From positions 62,001 through 126,000 of the IMG/VR virus record IMGVR_UViG_3300028840_005337: a stretch of DNA of 64,000 nt, one strand, 5' to 3'. Each line of letters begins with the position of its first letter. Within the stretch, counting starts at the first letter, position 1. Shown piece by piece: positions 28,943 through 37,858 of the stretch. Origin of the DNA: an uncultured virus (IMG/VR IMGVR_UViG_3300028840_005337) (taxonomy: Duplodnaviria; Heunggongvirae; Uroviricota; Caudoviricetes). The notes beneath the pieces are model-generated. The model worked only from the letters and a program-made list of their open reading frames with translations, did no database searches and was not told the DNA's origin. A program made the translations under genes and the position numbers.

Positions 28943-31083
28943 TAATCCAGAAGGTCAACCTTCGACATTTCTGCCAGCACATCCAGGAAGAATTCACGCT
29001 GTCGCCTGGGCTCAACATGATCGTTGGGCCCAACGGCAGCGGGAAGACCAACCTCCTGCGTGCTACGCAGTTTCTCGTCACGGGGGACTCGGGCGGCAAT
29101 CGCCCCAAGGCGGACGACGTCTACCAAGGCGTGTTCGGCTCAAACGAGGAGTCCTTTGTGAGCGGCCAGCTGTTGCACGAGGGAACAGTCATTACCCTCA
29201 AGCGTGCGCTCCAGCCGGCGACAGCCAATCTCATGGAGATCGGCGACGAGACCTGGACGTCTGTCAATGCCATTAACAGCGAGCTGTTCCGACGGCTGGG
29301 CACGACGAAGAAGCAGATCCACGACTACATCTTCGTCCGCCAACGCGGCATCGACGAGATGTTCGACCAAAAGCCCGCCGAGCGGGCCGCATCGCTGGCA
29401 TCCCTCTTCGGCCTCGACAAGGCTGAGAAGATCTGGAAGCAGACCGGCGACTTCCTCAAAACGATCGAGGTGCCGACCACGACGTTGAGTCTGGATGAGC
29501 TGAACGCGCAGCACGCTGACATACAGGTGCAGATCACCGAGCTCAACAACCAGTTCGCGGCGCTCCATCTACCACTCGACGGCGACGCCAAGCTTGCGGA
29601 ACATCAAACCGTGATCGACGGCTGTAAGCAGCGTGAGATGCTGATGAACAAGCAGGCGGTCCTGGAGAAGACGCGTGAAGAGACGCTCGCTTCTGCCAAG
29701 GCTGCGATGTCGTACCGGCAACAGTTGCAGACAGAGGCTACGCTGCTGGAGAACGCTATGGCCGCCGTCAGCGTCGAAGCCAATGACGCGCACGGCGAGC
29801 TGGCACGTTGGGACGCGTACGATAAGTCGCTGACAGCGCGCGAGCAGTTCGTCGCCGACGAGCTGGCTTTTCGTACCAAGTGGCCGAGTCATCCGAAGCA
29901 GCCGCGCGAGGTCGCACCGCTCGGTGAGGACCTTGTCGAGGCGTTGAAGGGCTATCGTGCAGTGCGTAACAGTCTCACCAACAGCATCAAAGGCCTGGAG
30001 GATGAGGACGACAACTGTCCGACGTGTGGCCAGCCACTGCCCGAGGCCGACCAGGCCACGGCACGCTTGCAGGAGCTGCACGATCAGCTGCGTGAGTGCG
30101 AGATGGAACGACAGCCGCTCGAGGAACAGCAACGTGCGTACGATCAGTACTGCGCCGAGCTGTTACACTGGCAACGGCAGTGCGAGGAGATGGATAAAGA
30201 GCAGGAAGCCTTGGAGCAACGCAAAGAGGCCCTGCAGCTGGTTGAGCAACCACGCAGCGCGCGTGACGCTCTCCAGGCCGTCATCGACGAGCACACCGAG
30301 TTCTGTGCGGCGCATAAGGAGATCCAGGAGAAGCTTAAGGTGGCGCTTGCTACTGAGGCCAGCCTCGACGCGAAGCTGGACCAGCAAAACCAGACGCACT
30401 TTGAGCAGACCGCGGAGATCGACTCGCTGCATAAGTACACGGCGGAGGCCGCTACCATTGCTCGCCAGGAGTTGCAGCAGCTGAAAGGCCGGCTGGCGCA
30501 GGCCACCGAGCTCGACAAGCAGATCGCTGTGCTGCGCGCCACGCTCGACGGCGTGGAGTCGAAGATCGACGACGTGCGGCGTGTGGAGCAAAAGAGCATC
30601 CGCACTCGGCAGGCTGTCGACCACCTGCAGCGTATCCGAGACATGTACCACCGCAACGAGGCCCCGCGCTTGGTGTCCTACACCTATATCGAGAACATGC
30701 TCGACGAGGTGAACCGAACACTGGAGCTATTCGAGGCGCCTTTCCGGGTGGAGATGGACGAGGATCTGGGCTTCATCTGCCGGTTTACCGATGGTATTCG
30801 GGTGCAGCCCGACAGTCGGCTCTCGGTCGGCGAGCGGATCGTTCTTGCTATGGCGTTCCGCATTACAGTAAACTCTACGTTCGCAGGTCAGGTGGGTGTC
30901 CTCATTCTGGACGAGCCCACTGCCGGCCTTGACGAACACAACCTCGGCTGTCTACCGCACGCCCTGGAACGTCTGCAGGTACTATCTGCAGAGCGTGGAC
31001 TCCAGGTTTTGTTCGTCACGCACGAACCGCGGATTCAGCACCTGTTTGACAACGTCATTACGTTACGAGCCCATGAAAACTGA
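28939..31083 (+). CDS. sbcC: Rad50/SbcC-like ATPase
   Basis: GPNGSGKT, coiled coil with CPTCGQ zinc hook, LSVGE signature, LILDEPT, VTH. Confidence 0.93.
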   Translation: MIIQKVNLRHFCQHIQEEFTLSPGLNMIVGPNGSGKTNLLRATQFLVTGDSGGNRPKADDVYQGVFGSNEESFVSGQLLHEGTVITLKRALQPATANLMEIGDETWTSVNAINSELFRRLGTTKKQIHDYIFVRQRGIDEMFDQKPAERAASLASLFGLDKAEKIWKQTGDFLKTIEVPTTTLSLDELNAQHADIQVQITELNNQFAALHLPLDGDAKLAEHQTVIDGCKQREMLMNKQAVLEKTREETLASAKAAMSYRQQLQTEATLLENAMAAVSVEANDAHGELARWDAYDKSLTAREQFVADELAFRTKWPSHPKQPREVAPLGEDLVEALKGYRAVRNSLTNSIKGLEDEDDNCPTCGQPLPEADQATARLQELHDQLRECEMERQPLEEQQRAYDQYCAELLHWQRQCEEMDKEQEALEQRKEALQLVEQPRSARDALQAVIDEHTEFCAAHKEIQEKLKVALATEASLDAKLDQQNQTHFEQTAEIDSLHKYTAEAATIARQELQQLKGRLAQATELDKQIAVLRATLDGVESKIDDVRRVEQKSIRTRQAVDHLQRIRDMYHRNEAPRLVSYTYIENMLDEVNRTLELFEAPFRVEMDEDLGFICRFTDGIRVQPDSRLSVGERIVLAMAFRITVNSTFAGQVGVLILDEPTAGLDEHNLGCLPHALERLQVLSAERGLQVLFVTHEPRIQHLFDNVITLRAHEN

Positions 31084-32113
31084 TTCGCAGATCCTTAAGC
31101 TGCATGTTGCTCACAAGCAAGTGTGGTATTTGGATGGCATGGATATAGCACGGACCGATGGCCACGCGATCGAGGACTTCCTCGATACAAGCCGGCTACA
31201 GTGCGCCGAGCGGGTCCGCCTGCTCGGTCTCCATGCCAATGCGAGGCTCATTACGGCGTTGTACGACCGCAAGCTCAAAGGTCAGCCCTTGGAGATTGAA
31301 GTCGCATCGCCGTTGGCGTGCGCGTCTGTTGCGGAGCGTCATAACCCAGAGGCTGTGCTGTATCGCATGCGCCTCTTCGAACGCGCTCCGAGTGTCGGCG
31401 GCTTTCATACCGTCACTGAGAACGACTACCGTGCATATGCCCTCGCGGTCGAAACCATGCAGAGCGTCTTTAACAACATGCCAACAACCCAGCAGGCGTT
31501 ACGACTTCTGCGTGCCCATCCAGCGTGGCGCGCAGTGTCGTTCATCCACAGCGTCAACCCCATGGCTGTCGCTGGCCTGCTCAGCTACATGCTCGATCCG
31601 CGGTGGTTCGTTGACCCGTGCTACCCGGACCGTTTGAGTAAGCTGTACATGAGTCTCGGGCTGCATCCAAAGACGCAGGCTGGGGTGACGTTGGGCGGTG
31701 CGCAGCACCGTAACCACAAACGCTGTGCGCTGGTACTGCGTTGCTGGAAAGACAGAACACGTGAGGGCGAGGTGCGCAGCAAGTTCGAAGTCACCGCGCC
31801 TGTCGCCGTGACAGGCAGCTCCGAACTCGGGCTCGCACCGTATGACTTCTCGTGGCGTCAGTGGGGATTGCACATGGGTATCGGCATGGACACCGACATC
31901 GAACCCAATCCTGTCAAGGCGGATCTGCGTGCGTCACAACGCTTCGTGGCCTTCCTGAGGCATACGTGGCTGGATGCGCTTTATCGCGATTCGAGTGCCT
32001 TGCCAGGCGTCAATACCGAACTGTTCCGACCCGGCGATTTCTTCAAGCAACACAAGGAGATCATCGCTTACCAACAGCACGTGGAAGCGACCGAAGGAGA
32101 CAGTTACTGCTGA
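31073..32113 (+). CDS. IS110/Tas (Nop-domain)-like protein, apparently nuclease-dead
   Basis: HPAW..VSFIHSVNPMAVAGLLSYMLDPRWF...RLSKLYMSLGL and C-terminal ADLRASQRFVAFLRHTW resemble the IS110 Transposase_20 region; no DEDD residues evident in the N-terminal domain. Confidence 0.55.
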   Translation: MKTDSQILKLHVAHKQVWYLDGMDIARTDGHAIEDFLDTSRLQCAERVRLLGLHANARLITALYDRKLKGQPLEIEVASPLACASVAERHNPEAVLYRMRLFERAPSVGGFHTVTENDYRAYALAVETMQSVFNNMPTTQQALRLLRAHPAWRAVSFIHSVNPMAVAGLLSYMLDPRWFVDPCYPDRLSKLYMSLGLHPKTQAGVTLGGAQHRNHKRCALVLRCWKDRTREGEVRSKFEVTAPVAVTGSSELGLAPYDFSWRQWGLHMGIGMDTDIEPNPVKADLRASQRFVAFLRHTWLDALYRDSSALPGVNTELFRPGDFFKQHKEIIAYQQHVEATEGDSYC

Positions 32114-32182
32114 CCGTATCTAGTGGTGTTGAAGTTTCTGACCACAAAATATGGGATTGTCAAAACTGCCGGTGTTTATCCG

Positions 32183-32218
32183 TTGACAGGCTCAACAACG
32201 GCAGGTAGTATGCATACT
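32183..32218 (+). promoter_or_regulatory. Sigma70 promoter with a palindromic operator candidate, driving the RAMP gene
   Basis: TTGACA(32183)-17 nt-TAGTAT(32206); perfect palindrome AGTATGCATACT at 32207-32218. Confidence 0.7.
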
Positions 32219-32242
32219 GCCAACGGGCAAAAGGAAGTTCCC

Positions 32243-32695
32243 GTGATCGAAGTAAGGATACAGCTGCGGTTCAATCAGCACTCACTCGGAGACCGCCGAA
32301 CTAAGCAGCTCAACCAGATGCTGCGCGACCCTGACGGCCGTGTAATGTTCATGCCGACCTGGTGGAAGGCATTGATGCGTTATGCGGCTCAAGTTGTCAA
32401 TAGACACCACGATGCTGTCAAAGACATCGACTGGGCGCCCGTCATCGAGGGAACTCCAAGGGAGTACAAACGATTCTACGCCCCGCAGAAGTTCACACTT
32501 CACGAGGCGTTCTTTCCAGGGGACGAGATCATCGTACACGCAGTGCTGCCGACGGAACTTCCTATCGACGACTTCAAGGAGTTGCTTGAGGTGGCCGGCA
32601 AGTACAGAGGCATCAGTCCCTATCGCAAGGATCAGAAGTACGGCACCTTTGATGTCATTGCTGTGACGCGGAGGATCAGGACAAAACCCAAGTAA
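32243..32695 (+). CDS. Stand-alone Cas7/Csm3-like RAMP superfamily protein (150 aa)
   Basis: EVRIQLRF..SLG; RDPDGRVMFMPTWWKALMRYAA; HEAFFPG; C-terminal G-loop AGKYRGISPYRKDQKYGTFDV. Confidence 0.65.
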   Translation: MIEVRIQLRFNQHSLGDRRTKQLNQMLRDPDGRVMFMPTWWKALMRYAAQVVNRHHDAVKDIDWAPVIEGTPREYKRFYAPQKFTLHEAFFPGDEIIVHAVLPTELPIDDFKELLEVAGKYRGISPYRKDQKYGTFDVIAVTRRIRTKPK

Positions 32696-32696
32696 A

Positions 32697-32775
32697 AGAA
32701 AAGGCCCGCTGGTGGCACAGCGAGCCTTTTGTGTTTCACGACCTGCAGGGGCATGCGGTCATGGCGGTATGTTAC
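32697..32775 (-). ncRNA. Candidate ~80-nt small RNA convergent on the RAMP gene
   Basis: Minus-strand TTGACC(32809-32804)-17 nt-TATCAT(32786-32781); internal hairpin CAUGACCGCA/UGCAGGUCGUG; terminator 32699-32730 is fully paired only on the minus strand. Confidence 0.6.
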
Positions 32776-32837
32776 TGCCAATGATAGCGGACCCTGCGCA
32801 TGTGGTCAACCCCGTTGGGGGGACCAAAGGACGCAGA

Positions 32838-34379
32838 ATGTCAAAAGTGGCAATGATCCGCAAAAGCGGACCGTTCATTGCGGTCTCGCAGGACGGCGTA
32901 GCTTCGCTCACGCCGAACGAATACCGGATCCTTGAAAACCAGCTCTGGTACACCAAGCTCACGTTTCACTACGGTGCAGCTGCCTATGACCCCCATACGG
33001 GGGATCGGCAGAGCATGTCCGGCGAGCGCCGAAAGCTCTATCAGTACGACAATAACGGACATTTCATCTGCCAGCGCGGCTTCTACCCCCGGGTTAGGGG
33101 GTTACTTGAGGAAGCCGGGTATACCATCACCTTCGTCGACACGGATCCGCCTGTGGATCCTGTCATCTACACGCCCGACTGGGATCGGATCTTCGAACGC
33201 TTCCAACTCCGTGCGAAGCAGGACGAGTGTCTCGCCCAGATCGACATGCACGACGGTGGCTATATCGATGCGCCTCCAGCGTTCGGTAAGACGCACGTAA
33301 TGGCCATGGTGAGTTCCATGTACCCGAGGGCCAAGATTGACATCGTGGCCAAGAGAAAGGACGTGGTGGGCCGTATACGCGATCTCCTGACGCGTTGGGT
33401 CCCTAGCGTCGGTATGGTCGGCGGAGGCAAGAAGCAGAAGGGGCGAGTCACGGTCTACACCGCTGACAGCTTGCACCACTCTGACTTCGACGCGCATATC
33501 ATGCTGGCCGACGAAGGGCACGAGTTGATGACAGATCGTCTAGCCAAGCTGCTGGGCAACTATCACTACTCTCGCAACTTCGCATTCTCTGCTACCCCGG
33601 ACACGCGCCTCGACAATGCCCACTTCCGCATGGAGGGCATCTTTGGGCCGTGCGTCTTCAAGATGTCTCAGCAAGAGGCAGAGCAGGCGGGACTCGTGTC
33701 GCCTGTCTTCGTACAGTGGATCGATGTTCGGCTGTCGCACAACCCGATCGCCAACATCAAGACTCTCGTGGCGCAGAAGCGCAACGGGATCTGGAGGAAT
33801 CAATACCGCAACCAGGTCATCGCTGAAACCGCTCGGGCGTTCCGAGAGGGCGACGATCAGGTGCTCATCCTCGTCGACACAGTGGACCATGCATTGCATC
33901 TGCGAAAGCTGTTGCCGGAGGCGGCGCTGTGTTACTCTGAAGGTGCTCTCACCGACGGATCGAAGCGGGCCATGTTCATACGGAACGGTTTGCTCGACGA
34001 GGACGAACAGATGACTACGGCGCTGCGCAACAGTCTGCGGCACCAGTTCGAGAACCGTGAAATCAAGCTGGTCATCGCTACAGGTGTCTGGTCCGTCGGC
34101 GTGTCTTTCGATTCGCTGAACGTCTTGATCCGCGCCGATGCCGGCGCCAGCGAAACTACCAACATCCAACTGCCCGGCCGCGTGTGTCGAATCGACCCAT
34201 CGAGCGGCAAGCAGTGTGGCATTCTCATCGACTTCAATGACGTATGGGATACGAAGTTCAAAGGCCGAGCCGCAGACCGTCGACGCGATTATCACAAACG
34301 CGGATGGACGCAGCTGCTGGCTGACGGCAAATTGTGGACCCCAGGCATGAGAGTGAACCGTGTCGGAACACAGAAATAG
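32838..34379 (+). CDS. Superfamily 2 helicase (UvsW/XPB-like)
   Basis: APPAFGKT, LADEGH, FSATP, SVGVS, QLPGRVCR. Confidence 0.9.
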   Translation: MSKVAMIRKSGPFIAVSQDGVASLTPNEYRILENQLWYTKLTFHYGAAAYDPHTGDRQSMSGERRKLYQYDNNGHFICQRGFYPRVRGLLEEAGYTITFVDTDPPVDPVIYTPDWDRIFERFQLRAKQDECLAQIDMHDGGYIDAPPAFGKTHVMAMVSSMYPRAKIDIVAKRKDVVGRIRDLLTRWVPSVGMVGGGKKQKGRVTVYTADSLHHSDFDAHIMLADEGHELMTDRLAKLLGNYHYSRNFAFSATPDTRLDNAHFRMEGIFGPCVFKMSQQEAEQAGLVSPVFVQWIDVRLSHNPIANIKTLVAQKRNGIWRNQYRNQVIAETARAFREGDDQVLILVDTVDHALHLRKLLPEAALCYSEGALTDGSKRAMFIRNGLLDEDEQMTTALRNSLRHQFENREIKLVIATGVWSVGVSFDSLNVLIRADAGASETTNIQLPGRVCRIDPSSGKQCGILIDFNDVWDTKFKGRAADRRRDYHKRGWTQLLADGKLWTPGMRVNRVGTQK

Positions 34380-35073
34380 CTCGTTGCGTATGCAGCGGCC
34401 GCCGCCGGAAGAATACGAGGCGCTGCCGGAACGCAACATGTTCTCCACCAACCCCGCTGGTCACATGGCCAGGCGGCTCTACCAAGCGTACAAACGCGAG
34501 ACATACTGGCGTGCTATGCGCGTGGAGAATGTCAAGCTACCGAACTTCAACACGCGCGAGCTGGGTGACTGCTGGCCGCGGCTGGCACGCCTCATCATGC
34601 AGTCGGGCTGGTCGAATGCCGAGCGGTTCATCCACGTGCAGTTCAAGTACGGGCCGAGCAGCGAGAAGCTGCAGACGCTCGAGCACGGACCGCTGGTGAA
34701 CATGCTCACGTCCGAAAAGGCGATGAAGCAGTACACGCAGTACATCGTCCGTGCCGACAGCATGCTGGTACAGCAGTTGGAGTCTGCCAAACTCGAGTTC
34801 AAGTGTGCTAGCGCTGAATGCGCGGGACAGTACCCGCACCTGCCCACCAGGGAGCGCTGGGAACTTATTCTCATGAATAAAATGTTGGATCTCCCGCCGC
34901 TGTTCCGGTACTGCGTGGCCTCTTCCGAGGGGCTCGCCTGTGCCAAGGACTTGTGGGAAGAAGGCTTTCAGCAGTTCATGTCCGATCCGATCGGGTATAC
35001 GCGTACGTGGGAAGCGACCATTCCTGCCGAAATGAAAGCCGAAGCCGAAGAACTACTGCAGCTCAAACTCTAG
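34360..35073 (+). CDS. Hypothetical protein (helicase-loader position)
   Basis: ORF between the two helicases; start uncertain. Confidence 0.6.
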   Translation: MSEHRNSSLRMQRPPPEEYEALPERNMFSTNPAGHMARRLYQAYKRETYWRAMRVENVKLPNFNTRELGDCWPRLARLIMQSGWSNAERFIHVQFKYGPSSEKLQTLEHGPLVNMLTSEKAMKQYTQYIVRADSMLVQQLESAKLEFKCASAECAGQYPHLPTRERWELILMNKMLDLPPLFRYCVASSEGLACAKDLWEEGFQQFMSDPIGYTRTWEATIPAEMKAEAEELLQLKL

Positions 35074-35084
35074 AAAGGGGCATC

Positions 35085-36740
35085 ATGGAGAACCCTATGG
35101 TCAAAGTGGAAGCGCCGGTAGCTCCTGTCAACGAGCCCGGGCAACTCCAGGAAACCAAGAAGGACGATATCGATCCCAATCCGATCGACGACTTCTCGAT
35201 CGAGTTCCTGTTGCTGCACGCTTCTCGTGACCGCGAAGTCTACTATGCTGTGCGTCAGCACCTGGAGCCTGAGCATCTCGGCTTCCCGCAAGAGCTGCCG
35301 TATCGGGTGTACCTGAAGGCGTTGTACGAGTATTTCGACAAGTACAACCGCCTACCCAATCGGCAGAGCATCTGGATCCGAGTGATCGACGAGCTTAACG
35401 CCATGCCAAACCTGCACGCCGATGTGTTCAAGGTGGCAGAGGGCGTGATGGACTGGATCTTCGACGAGAACGTCAACCCAATCTCGTCGTTCGAGCCCGA
35501 CGCCGCGCTGGACATCCTGCGGAAGGTCCTGGTTGACCGCGGCCCCGGCCGCAGGTTGAAGGACGCCGTCGCCAGAGCGGGCTACAGCCACATCAACGAT
35601 CTCCCAAAGCTGGTGCTCGCAGCACAGAAGCAGATCGAGGTGATCGAAACTATCGGACGTGTCAACGAAGAGGAGACAATACCGATGGAATGGGACCAAG
35701 TAGCGCGGCCACGCTGGCCGACTGGCGTGTCGTTTATCGATCGCGCGATGGAAGGCGGTTCCGAGCCGGGTGACGTCAACGTCATCATCGGAGCCACGGG
35801 CGGCGGCAAGACTACACTGTCCATGCAGATGGCGGTGTCGATCGCACGCATCCAGAACCAGATCGAGATGACCGGAGACGGTGAGCCCGGCCTGGTGGTC
35901 TTCATCAGCTACGAGGATAACCGTCGAATGCTACAGATCCGTGCTGCATCCTGTGCGGCGCAGGTCCCGAAGAACCAGCTGCGCTTCATGCAAGAGCCGC
36001 TGAGCACTACGGGCAATCTGAAGAGCTACGAGCAGACCATGTATCGTGCAGCGCCCGCCACTGGTGAGCTGCTGGGCGAACGTGAGCGCCTGCAAGCTGC
36101 CCGTGGGTGGCTCAACAGGTACATGAAGTTCGTCGACTTCCACGACGGTAAGGAAGGCGGCGGAGGCGGCGTTATGGAGGCACGGCAACGGTTACTCGCC
36201 ATCCAGGGCAAGTCCGACATACCCATCCGCACCGTGGTGCTGGACTGGGCGGGCCTGATGGTGCGGAAGCACCTGCTGGAGACGAACCGTCAGGTCGACG
36301 GCAGCAACATGGCTGTGATGCTGGGCGGCTTGGTCGCTGAGCTGAAAGAGCAAGTCGCTGCCGAGTTCAACTGCACTGTATGGCTGCCGCACCAGCTTCG
36401 CGGACAGGCGACAGGCAGGTCTCCATCGGTTGCCCCAAACCACAATGAGGCCGAGTGGTGTGCCTCCTTCGCCAATATGGCGTGGTATGCGTTCTGCATA
36501 GGGACCAAGGACAAGCAGCATAATGTCTGCCAGCTGGTCGCTACGAAGACGCGCCACGGTGAAGGTATGCCTCCGGCGATCGTACGCGTAGACGGCGGGT
36601 TTTGCAAGCTGACCGACGTGTCGGACCAGTTTGAGCCGGACCATGTCCGACGACAGATCGTGCCGCGTGACGATGTTGCGAACTACCACGACAACATCCA
36701 AAACGAATCTGACGACTACTGGGACGAGGTCACATCATGA
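35085..36740 (+). CDS. DnaB-like replicative helicase
   Basis: PTGVSFID, GATGGGKT, FISYE, VVLDW, HQL, KTRHG. Confidence 0.88.
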   Translation: MENPMVKVEAPVAPVNEPGQLQETKKDDIDPNPIDDFSIEFLLLHASRDREVYYAVRQHLEPEHLGFPQELPYRVYLKALYEYFDKYNRLPNRQSIWIRVIDELNAMPNLHADVFKVAEGVMDWIFDENVNPISSFEPDAALDILRKVLVDRGPGRRLKDAVARAGYSHINDLPKLVLAAQKQIEVIETIGRVNEEETIPMEWDQVARPRWPTGVSFIDRAMEGGSEPGDVNVIIGATGGGKTTLSMQMAVSIARIQNQIEMTGDGEPGLVVFISYEDNRRMLQIRAASCAAQVPKNQLRFMQEPLSTTGNLKSYEQTMYRAAPATGELLGERERLQAARGWLNRYMKFVDFHDGKEGGGGGVMEARQRLLAIQGKSDIPIRTVVLDWAGLMVRKHLLETNRQVDGSNMAVMLGGLVAELKEQVAAEFNCTVWLPHQLRGQATGRSPSVAPNHNEAEWCASFANMAWYAFCIGTKDKQHNVCQLVATKTRHGEGMPPAIVRVDGGFCKLTDVSDQFEPDHVRRQIVPRDDVANYHDNIQNESDDYWDEVTS

Positions 36741-37858
36741 AATCGGTTACCGGCGTGACCCTGGGCAACGATGCCGCAGGCGCACACGTCATCAACCCGT
36801 TCCTTTACGAGAAGCTCCAGAAACGCTTCGGCGATGTTATCATCGCCAAGCAAGGCGAGCCGATCTACGGGAACTACACGTATGACGGCAGCGGCTTCAA
36901 GTACGACACCCTCGGCGGAGAGTATTATCGCGTCTGCTGCCCGTTCTGCGAGCAGAAGCGCGCGGTGGATACCAAACACCGACTGTGGATCAGCCATCGC
37001 TGGGGCGTCGGCCTCGACGAGGATGACCCGCAGACCAAACTGAAGCCGAACGATCGGTTTTGGTGGGCGTGGGTGTGCTACAACGAGCATTGCGAAGAGA
37101 ACCCGGCGAACACCAAACAGTTGCAGACCTGGGTCTACGGCGGTATCGGCCGGGAGCTACACGCGCCCGCCGTCAAGCTGCAGTTCCACACTGTGCCGAT
37201 GGCGTCGCTCGGACTCGTCGACTGGCCTGGCCGCTGCTTGCGGGTGGACCAGCTGCGACCGGAGCACCACGCATGGCAGTACCTGGCGACCCGCGGCTTT
37301 GACCCCGCGGCAGTTGGCCCACGCTACGGCGTGACGTACTGCGAGAGTGGTTCGGCGCGCTTCCCGATGGCGTTCGGACGGTTGGTGATCCCGATCGTGA
37401 TGAACGGCGATATGGTTGGCTGGCAAGCCCGCCCGCCATATGAAGCAGACTGGAAGACCACCGCCAAGTACTACAACTGTCCCGGCATCAACCGGCGACT
37501 CATGTTGTACGGCTTCGACATAGCCAGGGCGTATCCGTACTGCGTCATAACCGAGGGCGTCACCGACGTGTGGGCTGTCGGCCAGGGGGCGATCTCGCTC
37601 CTCGGCAAGCACATATCCCCGCAGCAGGCAGAGCTGATCGCGCAGAACTGGAAAGCAGCCGTGATCGCTCTCGACCCTGACGCAATGGACCGAGTCGAGC
37701 GTATCCAGCAGCAGCTGGGCAGTATGCCGACGGTGGTCGTGAAACTCCCAGACGGTTGCGATCCAGCTGACATGGATCAGGATCGCTTCTGGGATCTTGT
37801 ATGGCAAAGTTCCGTAAACCAGAATGTTGATCTGTTAGGACTACAGAATGATTCCTGA
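36737..37858 (+). CDS. DNA primase (Zn-binding domain + TOPRIM)
   Basis: CCPFC..WVCYNEHC, RLVIPI..GWQAR, KYYN, ITEGVTD, ALDPDA, DPAD. Confidence 0.9.
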   Translation: MKSVTGVTLGNDAAGAHVINPFLYEKLQKRFGDVIIAKQGEPIYGNYTYDGSGFKYDTLGGEYYRVCCPFCEQKRAVDTKHRLWISHRWGVGLDEDDPQTKLKPNDRFWWAWVCYNEHCEENPANTKQLQTWVYGGIGRELHAPAVKLQFHTVPMASLGLVDWPGRCLRVDQLRPEHHAWQYLATRGFDPAAVGPRYGVTYCESGSARFPMAFGRLVIPIVMNGDMVGWQARPPYEADWKTTAKYYNCPGINRRLMLYGFDIARAYPYCVITEGVTDVWAVGQGAISLLGKHISPQQAELIAQNWKAAVIALDPDAMDRVERIQQQLGSMPTVVVKLPDGCDPADMDQDRFWDLVWQSSVNQNVDLLGLQNDS

